A stretch of DNA of 64,000 nt. It comes from Felis catus (lineage: Eukaryota). The position numbers were made by a program, and so were the translations under genes. Below, in pieces: positions 1 to 14,186 of the stretch. Below the pieces are notes generated by a model. The model was not told where the DNA came from. It did not search any database and saw only the letters and a list, made by a program, of their open reading frames with translations. The stretch lies in the NCBI RefSeq assembly GCF_018350175.1, contig NC_058368.1:200014001-200078000 (forward strand). The letters are read 5' to 3'. Numbering within the stretch: the first letter of the stretch is position 1; each line of letters opens with the position of its first letter.

Positions 1-1439
1 AACTGGCATCTTTGTTCTGATGCAGAACATAGGGATTAAAAAATTATCTAACCAGAATGAGTGAACTGGTGATGGAGCCTCAGCCCCAAGTCAGACTGGC
101 ATAGTTCTAGGCTCAGCACCAGCAAAGGGGCTGCTTATTCCAGCAAGTGGCTGGGCTAGGGTTTGAACAATCCCAGTCTGGCTGCAGGGCCTGTATCCCT
201 ACCACCAGTATAGCAGCTGCCTTGGTAAGGGATTTACTAGATGTTTGTTCTCTTACTTCCACTGTTCTGCAATGGTTAGTGGATATTTTTTTGTTTTGGC
301 TCTCAACACACTCTTCCTAGCTGAGGAAAGGGACAGGGTTCCAGGGTACATAGGGGATGGGGATGGAAATGTACAATAGCCCTTTATCCTGCCTTCTGGT
401 CCACAGATTGTGGACATGTGACCCGTGAACAACCCATATGTTGTTCCTGTCCACTAGAGATTATTCTCTGAAGCTCTGGCTGAGGTTTAAGTCCAGTGGA
501 TTTGTGGTGGCTGTCTGGGGGTGGCAATTTCATCAGCTGCATTGTCCTACACAGACAATTTCTGTAGCAGGGGTTTGACAGTGGCTTCCTCTCTTTCTTC
601 CTGAGTTTCCTCATCTTCCAAAATCTTCCACTATTATTTACATTATCAGAACTGCTTTCTGTTGTTTGCAACTGACTTAGAAATCGTAAGAGAACTGTGG
701 TTTGCTTTTAACTTATGCGTGGCTGAAATCCCCAGATAAAGAAAGCTGAGCACTTGAAGAATGATATTCAAATAACGAATATGTACCATAGGAATTAAGG
801 TGCTTAAATGGAGGAAACACAATACATTGTTTAACCTAAGAATTAGCATTAATTTAACTTGATTGGAAGTACTAATGATGTGTCATGGCTGCTAGATAAC
901 CAGCCTGAGCATCACAGGACTGCATAGCTGCAGTCCTGCAGACATGGTTCCTGCAGACAGAGACGGGACTGCCTCGTTGGGTGGTTGGCATTCTCTGTAT
1001 GTGCATAGTGGTAGCCTTGAGGAGTTACCATTCCTGGCATGAACTTCAAAACTGAAACGTGCTTTTCTGTGTTCCTCTTCTTTATTGGCTTCTAACAGTT
1101 ACAAAAGTGAGGTTTTCACCTTCATTGTCTGTGCACTAAGGTGGGACATGCATATGTATCTGAAATGGAAGAAATGAAAATATGAAGGCCAGGCATGATC
1201 TGGCTAGCCTATCTCTTGTTGAGGATAGCTCTGGAGGAAGTGAATCCACTTTTTCTGGTTTTAACACCATCTTTCACAGATGGTAGGGATTTACTATAGG
1301 AAAGGACATGAGGCATTTCCTTTGCATTAAACCTCCACAGCTGATCTGGTGCCCAGGTAATACATATGGTAAAAAGATGCAGTAGGAAGGAGGAATTAAA
1401 CTAAGTTAAATACAGCTCTTAATAATTTCCAGGTATTTT

Positions 1440-1625
1440 TATTAAATCATATCACTTATGCCTTGCAACTCAATAAGGAAAGTTTTATCATTTTTCCAAT
1501 TTTACAGGTTGAAGCTCATAAATCTAAATTTGAGGATCATAAAGATAACATAACTTGCCCAAGGTCACAGAGCTCGTCTGTGATAAAGATTTTCTAGTTC
1601 AGGGCCAATGTCCTGACCACTGCTG
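1440..1625 (-). mobile_element. MIR fragment
   Basis: ttttacag...taacttgcccaaggtcacagagct...cctgaccac core motif. Confidence 0.6.
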
Positions 1626-2171
1626 CCTGCCAACTGAGTGAAAGAAGACATTCAGGAGGTGGCCCATACTCAGATACCGTTTTCCCAGGTGAGTCTAGCC
1701 AACAGTGATATCTTCCTGTTATCAACAATTTTAGCTTTTACTCTCTGTACAATGTATGATTTTTCAGTCTTGGTTCTGTCTCACATAATTCTTGCATCAC
1801 AAGATTTATAAGTTCCCTCCTTCCATAACTAGGAAGCAGGTTCTCTACTTTTTTGTACCTTCTCCCACTATACCTAACAACATATGCACATGTAAAAGGC
1901 ATCAATAAATACTCACAAAATGGTCAACATTAGTCCCAATTGTGGATTTATTATAGCAAGTCAATACACAAAGGTATAGATAGATCCCACAATTAGGCAC
2001 TAAAGCCAAAGAAATCCCCTCATCAACTTTCTAAAGTTGCCTTTTCAGTAGTGGAGATAATTAATCTACAATTTCACATTTTTCTCTGTGCCCCATGTCT
2101 TTTTCTTAGCCAGGCAGCTGACTGGTATTGCGGCCACAGAACATATTAAAGACAACTGGCTTACTTGGTGA

Positions 2172-2357
2172 ATGATGCCTTGGTTTCACAAGGCTGCAGA
2201 TAAGAAACACCTGCTGGGGGGCTTTTTCAATGCACGCATGCCTGGGGTCCTTTCCCAAGTATTCTGACTTAATCGTCTTGGAGTGGGACCCAGTCATCAG
2301 TGTGATTTTAAAACTCCCTAACTGATTTTGATGGGTAGCCTAGTTTGAGAACCACTG
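2172..2357. mobile_element. MER5-family hAT non-autonomous DNA transposon
   Basis: Ends in tttgagaaccactg and has the internal gattttgatg / attctgacttaa motifs typical of MER5A/B. Confidence 0.65.
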
Positions 2358-5184
2358 GCCAAACAGAAAGAACATTCCAGAAGAAACAAAGACCTGTGTT
2401 TTCTCATTGTCCAGTTCTCTGGGACAGCAAGCAGTTGATAGGGAAGGAAAATAACAAGGAGGAAAGTGGCAGGACTATGCAGCCTGGCATGCCATTGGTA
2501 TGTCGCAAACTATTCAAAAATATTTGTAAACTTCAAAATTTTTGTGCACCTATTGAAAAAAATGTTTTAGACAACTGTTTCTCCTCTGATGCTCCAGTTA
2601 AAAGGCCCCAACAACTTTGAAAATATGGGACTATTTGGCAAAGCATTCCAAATAAATGACCCTCAGCTCTGGAATTTGCTCCTAGAGGCAGCTCTCTTTA
2701 GCAGTCAGCCAAACCCAAAATTTGGCAGCTTTTGGAATATAGTACAAAATAGATTCTTTCTAAACCTGAGAATCACTGAAGATTTATTTTGTTGGAAAGA
2801 TACAACTTTTAAAAATAACAAGCACTTATTGCTACTGTACTAAGTAGAATCAGAGATCTGCAAGAGTGACTATGAAATCAAGGACCACCTGTCTTTTCTC
2901 ATTCTATTGATGAAAAAACAGAGGCTCAAAAGAATGAAATGATTTCCTCAAGTCACACAACCTAATGGTAGGGCCTGGGCACATCCTGATCTCCTGACTC
3001 ACAGGCTAGTTCTCATGTTTGCCCTCCCACAGCCACAGAGTCCTCTGAGATGATTTCTTCTGCCGTGATTCATTTTGGTTATTCACAAATGCAATGTGCT
3101 TGCAAATGCTTATATATACTCTTCAGTAACTATAGCAAATAGTATGCAAATTACATTGTAATTTTTAGTATGCAACATCCTTTTCATAGTCTCAACTATA
3201 AAATCTGGTTGTACTGCACTCTTGATTCTGACAAAGTTTCTAATTCACTTAGGATATATGTGAACCCAGGCATCAAATGTAAATCTAAGAGCTTTAAACC
3301 CACAACAAAGCATTACCAAAAGGTCTTGCCTTTCTCTGTATTTCCTGTCTACTCACCCCATTCCCCACTATATTTTGTTGAGACTTAGTGCAAGTATGGG
3401 AGTTAGGGATGTGGGTGAAATGATTTCCAGAAAGACAAGAGACATTCTAACACTTAATTAAGCTCTGTTAAGTTCTAGGCAAGGAGTTAGGCCCAGAATG
3501 AGAAATTTACTATCCAAGTCTCAGTGATAACAGACTAATTATTTTTAAAAATATGACTACATTTAATGAGGTAGATAATTTTGCCTCTCAGCCCTTCCGA
3601 CTTCCCCACATTCCACATGTTATTCCATTTCCTTTAACCCAGCTGAGAATACCATTGAGACACAAAGGGTCAGAGAACTGTTCCCAGAGTCATTCTTGCT
3701 CATATATTGTTCTTTTCTCTCATCTGCAGAAAACTTCCTTTCTTTCCACCACACCCCATCCATGTCGGCCATTTAGTGAAATGCACTACTTAAGAGAGAA
3801 GTTGTTGCCACTAATTAAGGGAGTTTCCTGAATTTTTAGCTGAGGATAAAATGCTGAATAAAGACTCTAGCGGGTCTTCCTACTGTCCGGTCTCTGGGCC
3901 CTTCCCGCAAGCCCAAGCAAGCTGTCACTTCTTTCTTGACAGCTGGCCCAGCAGTCAGATTTCTTTTCCCTGAGGTAGCTGCCGTCACCCTCTCTCTCCT
4001 AGACATCCTCTTTTCCAAGAATGGCTGTGGAGTAGGACATAACGTCCCATGCTCCCCCTCTCACCATCCCTTTCTTTTCTGTTCTCAGAAAAACAAACTC
4101 ACTTTTCCGGATTAACTGATTTGCTGTAGCTTGTGACAGAGAAACAGGAGATAACAAAAACGTGGAAGATATAAAGGTCCCAGAATCTCAAAGTTGTTTC
4201 AGTCATGGTCCCTAATCCGTATTTCTCATACCACTTGTACGGTTTTCACTCAGTTTTGAGGTTAGGAGGTGATGTAATCTCCTTCCTCCATGATGTTTCT
4301 TCTTCTTAGGTTTGTTGACTCTTCACTATGAATATTTAACATCTAGAGGGCTTAGGGATTACAGGGACCACTACGTTGAAGAAGAAAAAGGTACCAAATA
4401 AATTTGAGAGGCTTTCAAAGAGAAATGCTCTCAGTTTCCTTTGCCTCATCTCTCTATAGAGAATAATGGAAGATCAATGTGACTTCTGGAATTGATCACT
4501 TTAAGTTCAGATAGCAGCTCCTTAGTGAAGCCAGGCTGAGTTAAGAGCACCCTCTGTGCACCTACATTCCTCCACATTTATTCCTGCACCTACTGCGGGG
4601 CTACAATAGCTTGTTTACTGACTGGCTTTTCTGTACAGGGACTGCGACCTTCTCTACCCACCTCGTATTGCTGGGGGCTAGCAGAGTGCCTGGCACATGG
4701 CAGGTACTTAGTAAATGGTTGTCAGAAGAATGAAATGCTTCTCAAAAGAAGAAAGGCAGGAGGCAGAGTCTTTCTCTAGCAGAAGACTCTCCTCCAAGGA
4801 GTGAATAACTGAACTTCAAAGCTAAATTTGGGTCTGAATGATGCTGCTGAGAGAGAAATTGCCTTGCCCCAGATGAAGTTATTTGATAAATAAGAAGGGT
4901 TTAAAGCATTCTAAGATCCCACTTTGTCCCTTGTTTCTCAACCCCAACCACCTTCCAATAAGCATTGGTGACAATAAAAGTGGGTAAGAAATAGGAACAG
5001 GATGGATCAAACAGGAATGTGGACCCTAGGAAAAACTCCTGTTCATGTGACTTTGAACAAGTTACCAACGTTCTCTGGGCCTCAGTTACATCTATATCAT
5101 GAAGTGAGTGGGTCAGATGATATATAAGGTTCCTCACAGCATTAACCTTTATGATTCTAAATGATTTAGAGGCATGTCCTGCAA

Positions 5185-5352
5185 TTTTTTTTTTTTTTTT
5201 TTTAATTTTAGAGAGAGGGGATGGGCAGAGGGAGAGAGAATCATAGCTGAGTATAGAGCCCAACTTGGGACTTGACCCCACGGCCCTGGGATCATGACCT
5301 GAGCTGAAATCAAGAGTTGGGTGTTCCACCAACTAAGCCACCCAGGCTCCCC
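5185..5352 (-). mobile_element. Can-SINE (older subfamily)
   Basis: Poly-T, (GA)n, gatcatgacctgagctgaaatcaagag...cccaggctcccc. Confidence 0.85.
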
Positions 5353-6200
5353 CACCCTTTTTTGCAATGTCTTTTCAATCTTCCTCTCCTCCACCTCAAA
5401 CGCCACCCCCCAGCACCCTCCCCCCCCCCCCCCCCCGCCGGTAAGTGACTCATACCACTGCCAAAAGTACACTTGGAAAAGAAAAACAAATACAAATTAT
5501 GGTCACAGGATCAATGAGGTGAAACACAAGATTAAAATATGTTTTATATTCACAGAGCAATTTTTTACAACAGTGTCAAACAAAAAGTTCTAGTCAATGT
5601 TTACACTAGGACTTGATGAAAAATTCCAGACATAAAACTTCTGGAACTTGGACTTGAACTCCGAGGACCTCCCATCTCTGATAAATTTTACAACTAAGAT
5701 CTATTGGATTAGTTTTCCCTTAAGGAGAATTCATCTTTAAAGTCTGGTTATCTGGAACTGTCATTCTAGGTTTAATAGGTAGCTAAAGATTTTTTTTTAA
5801 GTACCACGGTCTTTTAATAATTTTGGAGGAAAATACTTACAGAAGACACTATATTTCCTTGATTTCTTTAACAGAATACACTGAGTGTAATTCAGTGTTT
5901 TCCTCCATATGAACGTCAGTCGCTATGGCATAGTAATGTCCTCAGGACCCAGTGAGATACTCTAAGCCCTAGACTTTTTTTCTTCTGATGGGGCTTCAGG
6001 AGCCACCTGAGCTGTCACCTCCCTGTCAGCTTGACCACATGTCATCATCTCTCCCTCATATTTAATTTGCTGATTAAAGGCAGGGAAAAATTCCTAATTA
6101 ATTTTTGCACACCCAAGAGTAGCATAGTTCCTGCTACTTAAGATGCTTAGTAAATGTATAAATAAATGAGTGAATTAACATAGGTTTAAAAATGTTTTTA

Positions 6201-6410
6201 GGGGCGCCTGGGTGGCTCGGTCGGTTAAGCGTCCGACTTCGGCTCAGGTCATGATCTCATGGTCCGTGAGTTCAAGCCCCGCGTCGGGCTCTGTGCTGAC
6301 AGCTCAGAGCCTGGAGCCTGTTTCTGATTCTGTGTCTCCCTCTCTCTCTGCCCCTCCTCTGTTCATGCTCTGTCTCTCTGTCTCAAAAATAAATAAATGT
6401 TAAAAAAAAA
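6201..6410 (+). mobile_element. Can-SINE (SINEC_Fc)
   Basis: ggggcgcctgggtggctc head, (CT)n, AATAAA-A tail; TSD aaatgttttta. Confidence 0.95.
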
Positions 6411-6734
6411 ATTTTTTTTTAAATGTTTTTAAAAACAAGCTTGCTAAAACAAGGTGTGAAATAATAATAGATGCTAAGTAAAGGCTTGAGGGGCTTGGTT
6501 TAATACATACACTTGCAACAGTTTCTATACACTTTCTGATTCTCATATTCTAGATAGATTGCCATAGGATTGAGTTCCTGGTATTTATGAAGAGATGAAA
6601 AATAATTGTGGTAGGTAAATAAAAAACATATAAACTTTGGCCAATAAATTTCAGTGTTATCAAATAGTTTTTCTATTTCTAGGCACATCTGACCTACTCC
6701 AAATAGAAAATGAACTGGCATTCTTGCATTTTTT

Positions 6735-6925
6735 AGGGTATTGCTTGATCAGGCACCTCTTCACACCCACTAGCTATGTGATTTTGGGCAAATGATTCAA
6801 CCTCCTTTAATTTCAGTTTATCTGAAAATAATGACAAAAATCTTTCCCAGAGGACTCTTAAAATAATTAAATAATTCATTCTAAAGTACTTTACCGTAGA
6901 CCTGGCCCTTAGTAAACATGTAATA
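6735..6925 (+). mobile_element. MIR fragment
   Basis: actagctatgtgattttgggcaaatgattcaacctc...cagtttatctgaaaa...cctggcccttagtaaac. Confidence 0.6.
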
Positions 6926-7165
6926 CGTTGTCCATTCCTGGATTTGGGACAGTGGAGCCAACCCTGCGCATGGCCAGGCAATGTGTCTGCAAAGACATTT
7001 TTCTCTTGTGTTTGCGGCCTGGCAGATACTGCTCTCTCAGGCTTGGGTGTTCTGAACCTAATGTGGCTCCCTAAACTGAAATAAGCTCTAAGTCCTTTAA
7101 CTCTCCTACTATATAGAAAACAGGCACATTTCTGTTACACTGGTGTTCTAAGTGATGGGATTTTA

Positions 7166-7267
7166 TTTATTTATTTTTATTTTTTTTTTAATATATGTAA
7201 TTTATTGTCAAATTGGTTTCCATACAACACCCAGTGCTCATCCCAAAAGATGCCCTCTTCAATGCCC
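7166..7267 (-). mobile_element. Extremely 5'-truncated feline L1 3' end
   Basis: T-rich tail plus ~75 nt matching the L1 3' end at 40040-40110; flanked by a perfect TSD aagtgatgggatttta (7150-7165, 7268-7283). Confidence 0.85.
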
Positions 7268-9184
7268 AAGTGATGGGATTTTAAAGTGGGCAATGTTAAA
7301 GGCTGAAGAAAGGGAACTGAAGACAGCACTTCAAGTCCCCACAATTTATCATAAATGTCACAATCTTTAATAACTGGCACCTTTCCTATATTGATACTAC
7401 TTAATACAGAATTGAAATATTCACTATCAGGACCAAAAATGATAGCCTCAAATTCATTTTCAACCACAGTATTACACACAGAAATAGATTTTCCTCGAGT
7501 AAATGCAGGATTTTCACCTCAATTTAAGTGAACAAATTCACAATATCCCAGTTTGCTTCCCAGTGTTATTTATCACAACAGAATATACTGACATGTTTCT
7601 TAAAATAGAGAAATTAAATACTGCCATATAAATGGACTACCTTACAAATTATACTCAGAAATCTATAAAGCACACTCTAAAATACGGATGAAAATACAGA
7701 TGGTGATGCTATATATCAAACACCTCCTAAAAAGGAAGAATTCTTGGTATATAAAGAAAAATGACAAATGAGACTTTATCATTTCTACTTCAGCTTAACA
7801 AGTATCTTTTGTCAATGCTTTTCTTCTTCATCTAACTAGCTCCTTACTGAAATCGGCCAATTTATTTTTCATTTTTAGAGACATTTACCCACTACCTGAA
7901 GACTACGTTAAGTAAGTCCTCAGATGGTTCTTGCTAAATTCCAAGACCATTACTATAGATCTTATTTCCCAACATCTTAACCAACTGCACTGTTGACTTT
8001 TGAGTCTCTTCTAAATAAGGCATCCTTAATACACACAAATATTATACTTGCATCTCAACTCCTTTAGAAACCATTATGAATTTTCAGTGACACTTTTGCA
8101 CTAAACTTCTAAAGTCCCAGTTGATCAGCAGTACACATAATGTATGAAGAAAATCTCAAAAAGCACTTGTCGAAAATACTAAATCTCTTAGAATCCATAC
8201 ACTGAGGCTCTGCACAAAGCTTAAATATACTGACGTCAATATGAAGACAACTTTTATTTAGGGTTCTGAAAACTTCATGTGAAATTGTGATTCATTTTTT
8301 AGTTGCCCTTCAAATCCTCACTTTTTGCTCTTCACTAGTTGGAAATTCATTTTACTAAAAAATATTTACAAGGAAATTATGGGCAGGTCAAAATCAATTT
8401 CTAAAATACGTATAAGTATAAAAAAATGTTGCAAAATTTATGCCACAGTTCTGCCACTTGTGGCCTTTTTTGCAGGGAGTAAAAGAGGAAGCGTAGTGAT
8501 GGAAATCAAAGATGCCATGTTAGGACAGGAGCCCACGGGCTAAGGGTCCAACAGCAGTAACACTGCTACAAACCTGGCCTGAAAGAGATAGAACTTGGTA
8601 ATAATTTCTGTGCTATGGTAATCTTGAAAAAAATCTCTTAATAAATTCAACTTTGATCCCCTAACACATCTTTTTTTTTAACTGGAACTTTCATATACTA
8701 AATCTGTAAATGAATGCATATTAAGACCCAATTAAAAATCATATACAAAAGTAATTTGGCTTTAGCCCCCAAATTTAGAATTTTTATCTTAAGAAATTTT
8801 AAAACTCAACTTCTATGAAATCAACACTTTGGCTCTTCTATGTGTGTATCTCTAGAATACTACAGAGCGCAGTAGGAGAAAAAGGATTATTTGACCATAT
8901 TATTGAAATACAGGAAACACCTCTGCTTTGAATGATTTCAATAGATAATGGAGTCAAGGAGCATTTATTTAAACAAATTAACTATCTATTTGCCTATGCT
9001 TTTGTCTCTGGCCTTTTTTTCTTAGCTCTACTAATTTGTTAGCTCACTTTTTTTTTTTTTTCTCTGATTTCAGGTTTACTTATACGCTGACAAATCCTGT
9101 AACATTAACCTCAGCCATCTGCTTTTTCCTGAACTTTAGACCTGTGAGCACAATTAACTAAGGGACCTTCTTAATTAAGGGACT

Positions 9185-9392
9185 GAATGAATTCATTCAG
9201 TCATTCATTTACCCCCGAAGTTTTTGAGCCTCTGCTGTGTGTTAGAGAGCATTCTTAGCATTAGAATGAACCTAACAGACAATAGTCTCTGTCCTTATGG
9301 AGCTTACATGATAGACGTATAAGAAAACTAAATGAAATAAGCATTATAGAAAAGAATAAGATAAAGAAGGGCTTGGAAGGAAATCTTGGAGA

Positions 9393-9425
<33 letters not shown>

Positions 9426-9500
9426 CTAGCTTGGAAGACCTCACTGAGATGACATTTTAGCAAAAACCTGAAGGGAGTGAGGATGTGAGCATCCAAGAGC
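9185..9500 (-). mobile_element. L2 fragment (3' end)
   Basis: attcattcagtcattcattt...gtctctgtccttatggagcttaca...gagatgacattttagcaaaaacctgaagg. Confidence 0.6.
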
Positions 9501-11372
9501 ATTTTAGATGTTCTGCAGCCACCTTCTAGATTCAAAACTGAACTGTTTTTCCGTGCAAGCTAGCCTTTCTTCCTAGATTTCCTGTTTTTGTTTTAATTTT
9601 GCCATTATTGCTCTTACATTAAAAAAAAAAAAAGTTTGACTTACCCCTACAGTCTACTCTTCAACTCTGAACAACTGCAGCCCATGTCCTTTTGATACTA
9701 TCTCTTCATATTGCCTACTGACTTCTTTTCCTTCCTTATTTCACAGATTATTGTTACTGTCCTTGATCACACCAACATTGTTTTCCCTGGGGATTTTTCT
9801 ACTCTGCATTCTCTTAACCAGTCTTCTTGCCTCTTCCAATTCATCCTTGATACTGCTGAACAGTTACATTTCTGAAATGCAAAGTTTACCATACCATTCT
9901 CCCGCCTAAACCTGTCAGTGGTTTCTCATTATTGTCAAACCCACTCTTTATTGTGGCATGGAGGGTCTAATGTGATTAGCACACTTACCCTTCTCCTCCT
10001 TCTGATAACCTCTCCAGGTTTCTTCTCACTATTTTACGTAAAGTTACTGGCTCTAGTTCTATAAAGTTCATCCTGAAAGTGACCCCTTCCAACACTGTGC
10101 CCTCTTACAGTTTCTATGTTACTTTTGTAACAGTGATTTGTTTACATGTTGTCTTTCCTAAACCCAGCTAAGTGCTTGGATCAAAGTAGGCACTAAAAAC
10201 AAATGGATAAAATTAAGTGTATCACCCTCAATGACTGGTGTAATATAAATATGGATGCTCCATTTCTAAGCTCTGACCATAGGCAAAAGGGTTTCTTTCT
10301 CCTCAAACCCTCAGAATCACCTCAGAAACCCCTATTCAACATGCAATTTAACATATTCTGGAACTGAACACAAACATTCAATCTTATTTGCTTGGGAAAC
10401 CATTGGATTTAAAAGCACAATACTTCTTTCCCAACTAACAGCTTTACTTTGGGGAATTCACATATATATAATTCATCTGTGTACTTTTCTTTTTAGCAAT
10501 GAAGAATATTTCAGTTCCAGAAATACATGAATTGCAGAAATTATGAGTCACTTTTGTTAAAGATAATTAGAGGTTAAGAGAACTGGTCACAGGGATTAAA
10601 AAAGGAAAATAAAATTAATAACAGAAAATAGGTAGAGATAAAGCAAAATTAGCTTTACAAAGCTACTCTAATGACATCTGGGAGGGAAAAGATCCAACTT
10701 GTATGTAAGAGGGTAATGAAAATGAAATCCAGAATCAATAATCCAGACATAAAATTAGCGAAATACTTAACATATAAATGGGGGACCAGAAATAGCAGAA
10801 TATATATATATCATATCTAGAGTAAAATGAAACATTCTGCAAACTTATTTATTGTGTCCAGGAGGGGCAGCAAATCTTTGCTTGTAAGTGCCTGATGGTA
10901 AAAGGAAATTTACAGTACAAAATTTCATTGAGAGGTATGTTTCCATTTGTAACCAGTTATTCCCTGTTAATGAATAGCAATTAGAATTAAACTACTATAT
11001 ATGATTTCCAAGACTTATCATTCATTTTGCTTTTTAGAGAATAGTAACAAATAAATTATAATTTTTAAATTCTATATGCTATCACTACTTTTTTCACTTC
11101 TACAAAGCCCATTTATTTTATTAAGATAAACAAAAAAGTTTTACTGCTTACTACATATACTATCACTATTTTGATAGTTCACCCTATACGTATATGTTTA
11201 TATTCTTGATAATGGTATAAAATGTAAATTTTAAAAAATAGAAATTTTTGAAGATATTTTAAGCACTTTACAAACAAAAATATATGCTTTTATTTTGAAA
11301 AGTCTTATTGATAGTTAGGCTGAATATTGGCCAATTAACTCTCTTGAAAGACCTTGAAACTCAAATGTTTTA

Positions 11373-11403
<31 letters not shown>

Positions 11404-11479
11404 TTCAAATGTTTTTCTCCGTATCTGGCAACCCCAGCCATAGATTTAATAGCACAGGGAGAATAAACTATTGCCTATG

Positions 11480-11820
11480 TTTATCAGATTGTATTATACA
11501 CAGTAATCAACTGGAGATGTTAAAATACAGATTGAAACTCACAAGGTCCAGAGTAGGTCCTGGACTCTATTTTCCCACAAGCTCTCAGGGTCCTGGGTCC
11601 AGTCTGCTGGTGGTCCATAGACCAATAGCAAGACATGAATCAATGGTTCTCAGCATTGATACCCAATGGAATCACCTGGGGATTAAATCAAAACAAAACA
11701 AAACACAACGAAACAAAACATCACTTCTAGGGTGAAGGTTATTTAGCCTGGGATCCAGTCTGGGTATTGAGTTTCAAAAGCTCTCAAGGTCAGGCTAACA
11801 ACCAGCTAGTTTGAGAACCT
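11480..11820. mobile_element. MER5-family fragments
   Basis: atggttctca...ggaatcacctgggga...tttgagaacc motifs. Confidence 0.5.
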
Positions 11821-13303
11821 ATGACCTAAAATGTATTGGTCAGATTTATGGGTAGGTTTTATTTCTCCTGATTTCTATCATTGTAGATAACAGACCTAGG
11901 AATAACCAATACTGCATATGATTATGAGAGTAATATATGCCCCAAATCTTTAAATTCTTACTGAGAATATAAGTCATTATCAATCAGACATTAAATAAGA
12001 CATTAAAAGTCTTAGCAATTTCTTTCTATACTACCAAATGATTCAATAACATGTTTTTCATATATTTTAAAGTTAAATATCCACTGACATAATCACAATC
12101 CGAATTATTTTTAGATTAGGAGGTAGATATGTAACAATGTAATTTTAAAGTACATGGAGGTGTCTATTCCTAATTACAGATAAAAAAAAAAAAAAAGCTC
12201 ACATTAGTCAGAAATTATGAAAAATCGCAACCTGGGATCTATCCCAGGAGAAAGGCCCAGAGACAAAAAGGACAAGCAACAATTTACTTAGTATCTGTAC
12301 TTGAGTTAGATACCCATCAGTTGCAAACTGAATTATTATCTTTTCTTTATAGTGACTTTCCTAATTATTTTGCTAAGGCTGAGGTTTGTAAAAGGTCAGG
12401 ATGCAATTACACTCCAGGGCCCTTCCTAATTCTTAAAAATGCGCATCAAAGACACTTAATGAAAATAATACTTTAAAGTCAGGTATTTGCAGAAATTCCA
12501 TCATTACAGTAAAAAGTATTGGACTACAAGTCAGCTACCACCTACTACTAAAGATATGACTTAACCAAACTTTCCGAACAGGTGTTCTCACCCCAACTTA
12601 AGGTCTAGGGAAAGTCCAATAAGAATGTGCAAGCACAGACTAATGCCACATAGAAATATAAGACAGCACTATGCATATTTATGATAAGCCAACTAAATAC
12701 ATAGTGTGGTAGCGCAAAGAAATGGGAGTCTAGACTGGGGACTACTTTCAGCTTTGGCACTAATTAGCCACATAACAAGTAAATCACACACTTTAATTGT
12801 ATTTTAAAAATAAAAATACTTCGAATAGCTTATCTTGAAATCCCTAGCAGGTCAAAGCTCTATGATCCCAAAGTAATTACGTGGTCCTCCAAAGCAAATA
12901 TTAATTGTAACAACAACAACAAAAATTCACCAAGAGCTTAACAAGTTTCTTAAGAAAAATACCATTTTAAATTTGTTTTCTAGAAAAGTCTACAATTATT
13001 TGGCCATCACTTAAAATAGCAAATTTAAAACTTAAAAAAGTGCAGAAAGGGATCATTAAACAGCGCAAGAACACTATGTAGAATTAAGATAAACAGTGTA
13101 ACTGAGGATAATGAAATACCAAACAGCTTTTCCTAAAGGACAAGGGAAAAACATCTGGGATTTTATGATCTATCCCAAAGAATATATAGGTACTCTTATT
13201 AAATACACAAAATGCTTTTTGAGTACTGCAAATAACTCACAGTTTCTATGTAAATTATCCTATTTAATAAAGATGGTAGTACGTGGAGATTATTTCCTTT
13301 TAA

Positions 13304-13309
13304 TTTATT
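13304..13309 (-). terminator. Probable PELO polyadenylation signal AATAAA
   Basis: tttatt on + (AATAAA on -), overlapped by ATTAAA, about 160 nt after the PELO stop codon. Confidence 0.7.
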
Positions 13310-13471
13310 GTTTGGTTTGAATACATGTCCTGCCAATCACACAATACCTAGTGTGACCAAAGACATGAGAAATTCCTGTAAGAATCACAAAGTGCCTTGC
13401 AGCTTTCTGCCAGGATGCTAAGGAAATGTAACAATGGAGACACGGATTGTCTAAGTTAGAAGTTCCAATCA

Positions 13472-13903
13472 TTAATCTTCCTCAGAACTGGAATCATCCT
13501 CTTGGTCAGAGAGTTCAGGGACAGGGAAGCGGAGAATGGCAGCCACTCCAGTCAACTGACTGAGCTGTTCTCCAGATACATGAAGACTAGAGAATATCCT
13601 AACAGTGCCCGCATTCTCTTTCACACTGTCCACCAGCTTCACATATCGGCTCCGTGTGGCTACATCCTGGTGCCTGAAAAGCTCATCACTGATGAGCAAT
13701 GTGTCGATTGCCATAGCCTCATTGGCTTTCTCTACCTGCTTGAGTCCATAAAAAGCTCGGTCAGGTTCATGTTGTAACATTTTATAGAAGTCATCCAAAG
13801 CCTTTACTTCCCCAGCGGCTTTAGTGTCTGAAAGGCGGCTAGCTACAGAAGGGTCACAAAGGGCCTCTTTCAGGGAGTACTTGTGTCCAGAGGAGGCATG
13901 TAC
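13472..13903 (-). CDS. PELO: Protein pelota homolog, last coding exon, aa 243-385
   Basis: Acceptor ATTCCAG|GTA at 13904/13903; [18 protein letters not shown]...[20 protein letters not shown] (432 nt including TAA). Spliced length is 385 aa across a 283-nt phase-0 intron. Confidence 0.97.
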   Translation of the reverse strand, partial: VHASSGHKYSLKEALCDPSVASRLSDTKAAGEVKALDDFYKMLQHEPDRAFYGLKQVEKANEAMAIDTLLISDELFRHQDVATRSRYVKLVDSVKENAGTVRIFSSLHVSGEQLSQLTGVAAILRFPVPELSDQEDDSSSEED

Positions 13904-14186
13904 CTGGAATCACAATTATGAAAGTTAGGCAAAACAATCTTAGAGTACCCATTAATCAGCTTGCAATGACCTAAAGCCAAAAGCACTAATAAAACTTTAT
14001 TAAAAGCAAAGTTTACTATGTAAATACCCTATTTAACAATTCTCTTTTTCATTTCATTAGCTCGCTTACAATCACAGTCCAGTAAACACTTTCTCCTCTT
14101 GTAATTTTCCCAGTCCTAAAACCTAAGAGTAGTTTATACAAATCCCTCTGCCCATTCTTAATTACCCTTGGATAAGACTGTTTTAC

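Noticed and set aside
5149..5593. Poly-Gly/poly-Pro ORFs
   Set aside because: Produced by a 17-nt C homopolymer (5420-5436) next to a SINE.
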